From positions 1-13,932 of the forward strand of contig CAZEBC010000103.1 in assembly GCA_964510165.1 (NCBI GenBank): a stretch of 13,932 nucleotides of DNA. The letters run 5' to 3'. How positions within the stretch are numbered: position 1 is the stretch's first letter; every line of letters begins with the position of its first letter. Below the pieces are notes generated by a model. The model had not been told where the DNA came from, ran no database searches, and worked only from the letters and a program-made list of their open reading frames with translations. The stretch is from an uncultured bacterium (GTDB lineage Bacteria; Abyssobacteria; SURF-5). The position numbers and the translations under genes were made by a program. Positions 7,312 through 13,932 of this stretch are shown one piece after another.

Positions 7312-8367
7312 ATGAAGACGGCCCGCCGAGAATCTTCCGACTTTTTGACTCCGGCCCAGATATATGACCACCTCGACAAATACGTGATAGGCCAGGAGCG
7401 CGCCAAGCGCATTGTGGCGATTGCGGCCTACAATCACCAGAAACGCGTCCTCCACAAGAAGGCCGGCCAGCCCAACCCGATCAAGAAAGCGAACATCCTG
7501 CTCATCGGGCCGACCGGCTGCGGCAAAACTCATATCGCGAGGAATCTGGCGACCGTGCTCAATCTGCCGTTCACGGTCGTGGACGCGACGGAGTACACCG
7601 AGGCGGGATATTACGGAAAAGACGTCGAGGTGATGGTGGCCGAACTGCTGTTCAAGACGGGCGGCCGCACCGAGGAAACGCAGCGAGGCATCATCTTCAT
7701 TGACGAGATAGACAAGATAGCGAGGCGCACACACGGGGCGCGGACGGGCGCCGGCTCACGCGACATCGGGGGCGAGGGCGTCCAGCAGGCGCTCCTTAAA
7801 CTGCTCGAGGGTTCCGAGGTGTTCGTGCCCCTGAACGTCACACAGCATTGGAGCAAGCACGACTTCGTGCTCGTGGACACTTCGGAAATACTGTTCATCT
7901 GCGCGGGCACATTTTCGGACATGCCTTTGATCCAGCACGAGAGCAGGCCGGTCGGCTTCAGAGACAAGCGCGTCTCGGACAAATGCGAGAAACGTCGAAG
8001 GGTGACCACGAAAGACTTGCTGGAATATGGGATGCTGGCCGAATTCCTGGGAAGGCTGCCGGTCGTGGTCGAACTCGATGCGCTGACCGACGACGACATG
8101 ATCCGCATTCTCAAGGAACCGCCCGATTCAATCCTGAAGGAATATACTCAGCTTCTGAGTCTCGATGATATCGAACTCCGGTTCACCGACACCGCGCTCA
8201 AGTTGGTGATCGAGCACGCGATGAAGACGAGCCTGGGCGCGAGAGGGCTTCGCTCAATCATCGAAGAGGTGATGCACGACATCATGTTCGACGCGCCGAA
8301 TTCGCGCGGCAAGAAGGTGACGATTGACAAGCGATTTGTCGCCGGCCGGCTGGCGCGGCTCGAGTAG
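7312..8367 (+). CDS. clpX: ClpX-like AAA+ ATPase lacking the N-terminal zinc-binding domain
   Basis: LDKYVIGQERAK, KANILLIGPTGCGKT (Walker A), IIFIDEIDKIAR (Walker B), RDIGGEGVQQALLKLLEG, ILFICAGTF, VGF loop, EFLGRLP, GARGLRSIIE. 351 aa; probably a paralog rather than the housekeeping clpX. Confidence 0.88.
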   Translation: MKTARRESSDFLTPAQIYDHLDKYVIGQERAKRIVAIAAYNHQKRVLHKKAGQPNPIKKANILLIGPTGCGKTHIARNLATVLNLPFTVVDATEYTEAGYYGKDVEVMVAELLFKTGGRTEETQRGIIFIDEIDKIARRTHGARTGAGSRDIGGEGVQQALLKLLEGSEVFVPLNVTQHWSKHDFVLVDTSEILFICAGTFSDMPLIQHESRPVGFRDKRVSDKCEKRRRVTTKDLLEYGMLAEFLGRLPVVVELDALTDDDMIRILKEPPDSILKEYTQLLSLDDIELRFTDTALKLVIEHAMKTSLGARGLRSIIEEVMHDIMFDAPNSRGKKVTIDKRFVAGRLARLE

Positions 8368-8368
8368 C

Positions 8369-8623
8369 TCACCAGTATTTCGGGTTCGGCTCGCTCCGCC
8401 CGGAGCCGGAGGTGAGGCCGCTCACGAAGTTCTTCACCGCGTTGAATGCGACCTTATGGATGTCGTGGTACGGCGTGAACTGGAGCGCGATGAAAATCAC
8501 CACGAGCAGGACCAGTCCACTTAGCGCGTTTCTCGTCCACTTCCGGTTCAATCTGCGCTGCTGCGCCTCGAAGGCGCGGTCAAGCTGAATGTCCTCGTCC
8601 GATCTTTTTGGTCTGCGCGCCAT
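8369..8623 (-). CDS. Hypothetical single-pass membrane protein (84 aa)
   Basis: Strong RBS (AGGAGGAGG) ahead of ATG 8623. Basic N-terminus followed by the hydrophobic stretch ALSGLVLLVVIFIALQF. Fills the gap between clpX and the phosphoesterase. Confidence 0.7.
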   Translation of the reverse strand: MARRPKRSDEDIQLDRAFEAQQRRLNRKWTRNALSGLVLLVVIFIALQFTPYHDIHKVAFNAVKNFVSGLTSGSGRSEPNPKYW

Positions 8624-9404
8624 GTTGGCCTCCTCCTGAATCCGGCAGGGTAAACACCTTGCCGTGCCGCCTGAAGTAGCCCAGGTTCATCACGCGGGTC
8701 GGGCCCAGCGTCGCGGTTTCCTTGCCGGGATTATGGACGTGTCCATGAAAGGCGTAGCGAGGCTTGTGGGTCTCGATATGCTCCGTCAGCGCCTCGCTGC
8801 TGGCTTCGTCTCTCGCCATCACGACGTCGTATTCGAGTCCAAGGCCGGACGGCGGCACATGTGAGCAGAGGACGTCCACCGGACCGAGTGCGGCCACCCG
8901 TGATGAGTAAGTTTCGTGGTCGGCGCTGCCCTGCAGGCTCAATGTCAGGCTGTGCGGCGGCGAGCCTGAGACGAAGCCGAACCGAAGGCCTTCTATCGTG
9001 GCGGTCTCTCCGTTGAGCACGTGGACGTTGTCCCTTCTGCATTGCTGGAGCACGTCGGGAAAATCGTTGTTCCCGAAGATGAGGTATGCGTCGCACGGGA
9101 TCGATTCGAACAGGGCTGTGTAGCTCTCGGCGAGAAGCTCGGCGGCCTGGCGATAATGTTTGCCGGCGGGCAGCGTAAGCTCCCGCACGAGTTCTTCAGC
9201 CTCTCTCATTTCGCCACGGGCGACCTGCATCATGACGCGGATGACGCGCGGTCGTGTCAGAATCTCGGTGATGATTCCGTCGAGCGTCTCGAAGTCGAGC
9301 AGATTGGCGTAATCGCCGAGCATCACAAGCGTGTCAGCCGGTGTCACTTGGGCCGACAGCGCCGCGTGCGCGCCATGAATATCTGAAACCAGCTTTATGG
9401 CCAT
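8580..9404 (-). CDS. Calcineurin-like metallophosphoesterase
   Basis: Motifs SDIHG, LGDY, FGNND, SHVPP, HGHVH, NLG. Start placed at ATG 9404 (MAIKLVSD), 5 nt after GGAGG; ATG 9416 is the alternative. Confidence 0.9.
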   Translation of the reverse strand: MAIKLVSDIHGAHAALSAQVTPADTLVMLGDYANLLDFETLDGIITEILTRPRVIRVMMQVARGEMREAEELVRELTLPAGKHYRQAAELLAESYTALFESIPCDAYLIFGNNDFPDVLQQCRRDNVHVLNGETATIEGLRFGFVSGSPPHSLTLSLQGSADHETYSSRVAALGPVDVLCSHVPPSGLGLEYDVVMARDEASSEALTEHIETHKPRYAFHGHVHNPGKETATLGPTRVMNLGYFRRHGKVFTLPDSGGGQHGAQTKKIGRGHSA

Positions 9405-9425
9405 TACGTCCTCCATTCAAGGAGA

Positions 9426-9455
9426 ATAATATATGAACGCGAGAGCGGATTTCAA
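9426..9455 (-). promoter_or_regulatory. Putative sigma70-type promoter for the metallophosphoesterase operon
   Basis: Minus strand TTGAAA (9455-9450), then TATATT at 16-nt spacing or TATTAT at 18-nt spacing, just upstream of the RBS. Confidence 0.45.
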
Positions 9456-9573
9456 TATTCGTCGCGGTTCTATAGCGGAATCCACAACTGATGATTCGTC
9501 AGGAGTGCAAGATGAGAACGGCGACGGAACGAACTGAAATCCAGTTTGTGAAGACCTGGTCCCAGGCAGGGGT

Positions 9574-9602
9574 TTGAAGGTGCGGCGGAATTCTGGTATT
9601 AT
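9574..9602 (+). promoter_or_regulatory. Sigma70-type promoter giving a probable leaderless mRNA
   Basis: TTGAAG (9574-9579), 17-nt spacer, TATTAT (9597-9602) with an extended TG. ATG 9610 lies 7 nt downstream with no Shine-Dalgarno sequence. Confidence 0.6.
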
Positions 9603-9609
9603 CTGGATT

Positions 9610-10596
9610 ATGATGACCGCCCATGAGATCATACGGAAAGCAATCGAGTTTGATAATCCGCCGCGCATCGGCATCCGGTTCGATGAGATCGGGATTAACG
9701 ACGTGTACACCGTCGCGTGTGGCTTCGGAAAGGATTATCAGCCGTCCAATCCCGATGAGGACGAGTGGGGTTGCGTATATGAAAAGACCGACCTGGCCAA
9801 CATGGGCCAGGTGAAGCAGCATCCGATCAAGACACTGGACGACCTCAAGAGCCACCGCTTCCCCGACCCGCATGATGACGCGCGCTACGCGCCGGTCGAG
9901 ATGGTGCTCCCCTACTCCGGCGACAGATACGTCCTAGGCTACATCGGGTTCGGGCTCTTCGAGCAACTGCACTTCCTGCACGGATTCACCGAATCGCTCG
10001 CCGACCTCTACTTGAACCCTTCACTCATCGAAAGTTTGCTTGACATAATCCTCGACTTCAAGCTCGGCCTCGTCGAGAATCTCGCCCGAAGATTTCCCGG
10101 CAAATTGCACGGCGTCACGATGACCGATGACTGGGGCACCCAGCAGTCGACGTTCATCAGCGTGCCGATGTGGCGGCAGTTCTTCCGGCCGCGCTATGAG
10201 AAGTTGTTCGGGGCGACCCACAATGCCGGCATGCATTTCTGGCTTCACTCCTGCGGAAAGGTCAACGACCTGCTGCCCGAATTCATCGAGCTTGGCCTCG
10301 ATGTGATCAACCTTCAACAGCCGCGCGCGCTCGGCATCGAGGAGATAGGCAGGCGGTTCCGCGGCAAGATATGCTTTGAGTCGCTGGTTGACATCCAGAA
10401 AACGCTGCCGCATGGGACTCGCGAGGAGATCGAGGAGGAGGCCCGCCTGTTGCTGGAGCATTGGTCAACGCCGCAGGGCGGGTTCATACTGAGCGATTAC
10501 GACGATTCCGCCGCCATCCAGGTCTCATACGAACAGAAAAAGACGATGTTCGAAGCTTTCAAGAAAACAGGAAATCTTGATGATTCACTCCGCTAA
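9610..10596 (+). CDS. Uroporphyrinogen decarboxylase/MtaA-CmuA-like family protein (putative corrinoid methyltransferase component)
   Basis: DEWGC, HPI...FPDP, GLFE...G...L.DLY, TDDWGTQ, WRQFFRPRY, WLHSCG, IELGLDVINLQ, DIQKTLPHGT, GGFIL. Lacks the HemE RQAGR motif. Start at ATG 9610 or 9613. Confidence 0.88.
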   Translation: MMTAHEIIRKAIEFDNPPRIGIRFDEIGINDVYTVACGFGKDYQPSNPDEDEWGCVYEKTDLANMGQVKQHPIKTLDDLKSHRFPDPHDDARYAPVEMVLPYSGDRYVLGYIGFGLFEQLHFLHGFTESLADLYLNPSLIESLLDIILDFKLGLVENLARRFPGKLHGVTMTDDWGTQQSTFISVPMWRQFFRPRYEKLFGATHNAGMHFWLHSCGKVNDLLPEFIELGLDVINLQQPRALGIEEIGRRFRGKICFESLVDIQKTLPHGTREEIEEEARLLLEHWSTPQGGFILSDYDDSAAIQVSYEQKKTMFEAFKKTGNLDDSLR

Positions 10597-11263
10597 AGTT
10601 GAAAAAATACACTTTAGCGTATCGCTCGATGATATTCTCGGACCGCTCGGGTACGGCGACAGGGGAACTGTAAGCGCCTCCATTCTGGAGCAGATTCTTT
10701 CCGAAACCGAGCGCTGTGAGCAAAGCATGCGCGGGAAGGCCATTTATACCGTAGTGGACATCACCCGCGGGGGAAACGGCGAAGTGAAGGCGGGCGGCGG
10801 CGCCATAAGCGATGATACCTTGAAGGGTCTCCTCGGCGGCGCGAATTCGCTGGCGGTTGCCGTCTGCACCGTCGGCGAAGGGATTGACCGCATCATCCAG
10901 GAATACTTCGCCGCGGGCGATTATCTGGGCGCGATGATCGCCGATGTGTTCGCCAACCGTGCCGTGGAGGACGTGGCCGAGAAGTGTTCGGCCAATATCT
11001 GCTCGGAGCCGCGAAAGCTCGGGCTTTCGCCCGTAACCAGGGCGAGCCCCGGCTATGGCGCCTGGGACACGAGCGGGCAACTGGCGCTGTTCGCGCTGCT
11101 CGATCCCTCGCCAATCGGCGTATCGCTGAACGACCACTGCATGATGCAGCCCAAGAAATCAATCTCATTCGTCATGCCGCTCGTTGAGGGGAACCGCGAG
11201 TTCGAGTCGGAAGTTCCGTGCAGGAGATGCGGGTTCAGGAAGTGCGCGTACAGGAGAGGATGA
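10580..11263 (+). CDS. Stand-alone B12-dependent methionine synthase activation (SAM-binding reactivation) domain protein
   Basis: AVAVCTVG, SPGYGAWD, Q..LF.LL, IGVSLND.CMMQPKKSIS and a C-terminal CRRCGFRKCAYRR. Overlaps the upstream gene; start at ATG 10580 or TTG 10577. Confidence 0.88.
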   Translation: MIHSAKVEKIHFSVSLDDILGPLGYGDRGTVSASILEQILSETERCEQSMRGKAIYTVVDITRGGNGEVKAGGGAISDDTLKGLLGGANSLAVAVCTVGEGIDRIIQEYFAAGDYLGAMIADVFANRAVEDVAEKCSANICSEPRKLGLSPVTRASPGYGAWDTSGQLALFALLDPSPIGVSLNDHCMMQPKKSISFVMPLVEGNREFESEVPCRRCGFRKCAYRRG

Positions 11264-11264
11264 C

Positions 11265-12137
11265 ATGAACCTTCTCGATAGGCTGAAGGCGGGCGCAACG
11301 CTCGTGTTTGACGGCGCGATGGGAACGATGCTTCAAGCCAAGGGGCTGGGCGTCGGCGAGTGCCCGGAGGAATGGAACATATCGCATGCGGAGGTCGTCC
11401 GGCAAATCCATCAGGCTTACTTTGATGCGGGCTGCGACATTGTGGAGACTAATTCATTCGGGGGAACCCGGCTGAAGCTCGCCAAGTTCGGCCTGGCCGA
11501 AAAGACCGCCGCGCTAAACCGCGAGGCCGCAAGGAACGCCAGGGCCGCCGCCGGTGCCGGCCGGTATGTGGCCGGGTCGGTGGGGCCGACGGGCGAGTTC
11601 ATCGAGCCGTATGGCGCTCTCTCATTTGCCGAGGTGCGCGAGGCGTTTCGCGAGCAGGTGAAGGCCCTTGAGGAGGGCGGCGCCGAGATCATTTGTGTCG
11701 AGACAATGGCCGACCTCAACGAAGCCCGGGCCGCAATCGAAGCCGCGAAAGAAAGCACCGGTTGCATGATATTCGCCTCGATGACGTTCAACCGCGACAA
11801 GCGCGGCTATCGCACCATGATGGGCGTCGCCCCCGCGACGGCGGCCAGGTCGCTCGAGCAGTATGGCGCCGACGTAATCGGGGCAAATTGCGGCGCCGGC
11901 CCCGAAGACATGGCACACATTCTGAAAGAGATGTCCGAGAACACATCGCGATTTCTCTTCGCCAAGCCCAATGCAGGATTGCCGGTGCTCGAGGGCGACA
12001 GGACGGTCTATCCCGAAGGTCCTTCCGAAATGGCCGAAAAGATGCGGCCGCTCCTCGGCATGGGGATTAAGATACTGGGAGGCTGCTGCGGGACGACCCC
12101 CAGGCACCTGCGCGAGATCGCGAAGTTGGTGAAATAA
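11265..12137 (+). CDS. Stand-alone homocysteine S-methyltransferase (MetH Hcy-binding domain) family protein
   Basis: DGAMGTML, H..YFDAG.DIVETNSFG, AGSVGPTG, ETM, GANCG, PNAGLP, GGCCGT (three Zn-ligand Cys intact). ATG 11265 follows AGGAGAGG and sits 1 nt after the upstream stop. Confidence 0.93.
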   Translation: MNLLDRLKAGATLVFDGAMGTMLQAKGLGVGECPEEWNISHAEVVRQIHQAYFDAGCDIVETNSFGGTRLKLAKFGLAEKTAALNREAARNARAAAGAGRYVAGSVGPTGEFIEPYGALSFAEVREAFREQVKALEEGGAEIICVETMADLNEARAAIEAAKESTGCMIFASMTFNRDKRGYRTMMGVAPATAARSLEQYGADVIGANCGAGPEDMAHILKEMSENTSRFLFAKPNAGLPVLEGDRTVYPEGPSEMAEKMRPLLGMGIKILGGCCGTTPRHLREIAKLVK

Positions 12138-12151
12138 ACGGAGGGCGGCGC

Positions 12152-12940
12152 GTGACGAAGGAGCAATCCGAATTCGTTTCGACCAGCCGGATTGAGCGAT
12201 TGCTCGAATTGGCGTGCGCCTATAACGTCCCCCTCCTGATCACCATCGAATCGCGCGACGCTATTTTTCGTTACAAGAGCCGAATGCTGGAAATGCAGAA
12301 AGCGGTCGACGGCGATTCCCTCATCATTGACATTCCCATGACCGACGGCCCGGCCATCGCCCTCAAGCCGGGCGTTAACGTTAACGTCTTTTTCGCTCTC
12401 AATGAAAAGCGCTACTTGTTCGAGAGCGTGGTATTGAGGAAGGCCACCCTCACCCTCGCGAGCAAACGGAAGGCGCCGGCGCTTGAGATTTCCTATCCGA
12501 ACATCCTGAGGATCGCCGACCGACGCCAGCATGTCAGGGTGTCTATTCCGCTTGGGCGTCCGATTTCGGTCCAGTGCGGAGTCGTCGGCGACAAGGCCGA
12601 CTGGCTCGCACAAGAGCCGGGCACATGGAATTTCCCTTCGCGCCTCCGGTTCGAGGGCCGCATCGTCAATGTCAGTGTCGGTGGAATGCTTCTCGCCACC
12701 ACAGGAAAGACCGGCGCCGCCGCTCGCGTGGGCGTCAAGCTGGGCATGCGCTTTGCGCTCGCTCCGAACGAAAGCCCTATCGCACTTAAGGGCATTATCA
12801 GGCGAGTCGAGCAGGGAGACTCCGCCGGGGAAACGAGGATCGGCATCGAGTTCATAGATACAAACGAGAAGTTCGATTACAAACTCGCGATAAACCGGCT
12901 GTACCGTTATGTCGCCGAACGACAGAAGACTTCGGGGTAA
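12152..12940 (+). CDS. YcgR-like PilZ-domain (c-di-GMP-binding) protein
   Basis: N-terminal PilZN/YcgR-like beta domain, RxxxR motif (DRRQHVR), (D/N)xSxxG motif (NVSVGG), terminal IGIEF. GGAGG RBS before the GTG start. Confidence 0.87.
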   Translation: MTKEQSEFVSTSRIERLLELACAYNVPLLITIESRDAIFRYKSRMLEMQKAVDGDSLIIDIPMTDGPAIALKPGVNVNVFFALNEKRYLFESVVLRKATLTLASKRKAPALEISYPNILRIADRRQHVRVSIPLGRPISVQCGVVGDKADWLAQEPGTWNFPSRLRFEGRIVNVSVGGMLLATTGKTGAAARVGVKLGMRFALAPNESPIALKGIIRRVEQGDSAGETRIGIEFIDTNEKFDYKLAINRLYRYVAERQKTSG

Positions 12941-12942
12941 GG

Positions 12943-13932
12943 TCAACGGCGCTCCACGAGTCCAATCCGCGTGCCGGTGTCGGCGTCAAACAGATGAATC
13001 TTTGAAGGTGGGACATTGAACCGTATCTCATCGCCTGCCTTGAACTCCGCGAATCCCAGCACCCGCCCCAGAATCGCAAGACCACCTGCTTCGAGATGAA
13101 TTAACGTGTCGGTGCCCATGGCCTCGATAGTTGTAATCCTCGCGGTTCCACAAAGCCCGTCTGCGCCCGCGCCATCGCCCAAGCGGATTTCCTCCGGCCG
13201 GAACCCCGCGACCACTCTGCGCGGAAGGGCGCTATGATCGGCGAGTGAGAGTCCAAGAGAAACTCCCTTGCAATCGAGTGTTATCAAATCGCTCACACGC
13301 GCCACTTCAGTCTCGACAAAATTCATTGGCGGGTTTCCGAAGAAACCGGCGACGAACCTGGTGTGCGGGTCTCTGTATAACGCCACAGGCTCGCCAACCT
13401 GCTCGATGGCCCCCTTGTTCAGAACGGCTATCCTCTGGCCGAGCGACATGGCCTCGGCCTGGTCGTGAGTGACATAGACCATCGTCGCTCCCAGCCGTTC
13501 GTGAAGCGACTTTATCTCCTGGCGGAGCTGCGCGCGGAGAGAAGCGTCAAGATTGCTGAGTGGTTCGTCGAAGAGAAACGCCTTCGGATGCCTGACAAGC
13601 GCCCTTCCGAGCGCGACGCGCTGGCGCTGTCCGCCAGAGAGTTGTTTCGGCTTGCGATCGAGCAGGTCCGCTATTCCAAGCATGCCTGCGGCCTCCAGAA
13701 CGCGCGAGCGGACCTCCCGCTTTGGAAATCCGCGCATCTTCAGTCCGAACCCGAGGTTCTGCTCGACGTTCAGATGCGGATATAGCGCATAGTCCTGGAA
13801 CACCATGGCGATGTCGCGATCGCGAGGCTGTACGCCATTGGCGAGCTTGTCCCCAATATAGATGTTGCCTGAGGTCGGCTCCTCCAGGCCCGCGAGCAGC
13901 CTGAGCGTGGTGGACTTGCCGCTGCCGGACGG
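12943..13932 (-). CDS. MalK/UgpC-type carbohydrate ABC transporter ATP-binding protein, 5'-truncated by the window
   Basis: The frame is open to the window end: PSGSGKSTTLRLLAGLEEPTSG...PRDRDIAMVFQDYALYPH, LSGGQRQRVALGRA, FLFDEPLSNLD, YVTHDQ, FVAGFFGNPPMN, C-terminal TOBE region ending IHLFD. Confidence 0.96.
   Translation of the reverse strand, partial: PSGSGKSTTLRLLAGLEEPTSGNIYIGDKLANGVQPRDRDIAMVFQDYALYPHLNVEQNLGFGLKMRGFPKREVRSRVLEAAGMLGIADLLDRKPKQLSGGQRQRVALGRALVRHPKAFLFDEPLSNLDASLRAQLRQEIKSLHERLGATMVYVTHDQAEAMSLGQRIAVLNKGAIEQVGEPVALYRDPHTRFVAGFFGNPPMNFVETEVARVSDLITLDCKGVSLGLSLADHSALPRRVVAGFRPEEIRLGDGAGADGLCGTARITTIEAMGTDTLIHLEAGGLAILGRVLGFAEFKAGDEIRFNVPPSKIHLFDADTGTRIGLVERR

Noticed and set aside
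9538..9609. SAM-I riboswitch-like look upstream of the methionine-related operon (AATCCAG...CTGGATT stem, CTGGTCC, AAGGTGC, AATTC)
   Set aside because: It lacks the AGAG after P1, the GAGGGA kink-turn strand and the GCAACC strand that pairs with GGTGC to bind SAM. The same bases are better explained as a -35/-10 promoter. An Rfam cmscan would settle it.
9610..10596. Calling this gene hemE, or calling 11265..12137 a full metH
   Set aside because: The first lacks HemE motifs and tetrapyrrole gene context. The second has only the Hcy-binding module.
11184..11264. ORF-track upstream starts (11184; also 4442, 9574, and internal starts 104 and 13806)
   Set aside because: RBS position and domain boundaries favour 11265, 4493 and 9610. 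The two edge genes continue beyond the window.

Overview
Gene-dense, GC-rich bacterial chromosomal window with 14 plausible CDSs, two of them cut by the window edges. In order: a 5'-truncated sulfatase-like hydrolase with a non-canonical Thr at the nucleophile position; a ferredoxin:thioredoxin reductase catalytic-type subunit; ispE; a decayed, frameshifted IS4-family transposase remnant in the intergenic gap; a DUF362 + 2x[4Fe-4S] protein (- strand); a ~500-bp palindrome-rich divergent control region; an HDOD protein followed by an orphan GAF-PAS histidine kinase; an atypical ClpX-like ATPase (no zinc-binding domain, GYYG pore loop, no clpP nearby); a metallophosphoesterase and a small membrane protein (- strand); a probably leaderless operon of a UroD/MtaA-like protein, a stand-alone MetH reactivation domain, a stand-alone homocysteine S-methyltransferase and a YcgR/PilZ protein; and a MalK/UgpC-type ABC ATPase (- strand, 5'-truncated). 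I saw no rRNA, tRNA or CRISPR array. The best candidates for an undescribed system are the split, incomplete cobalamin-type methyl-transfer operon and the variant ClpX. All calls come from motif recognition by eye; no searches were run.
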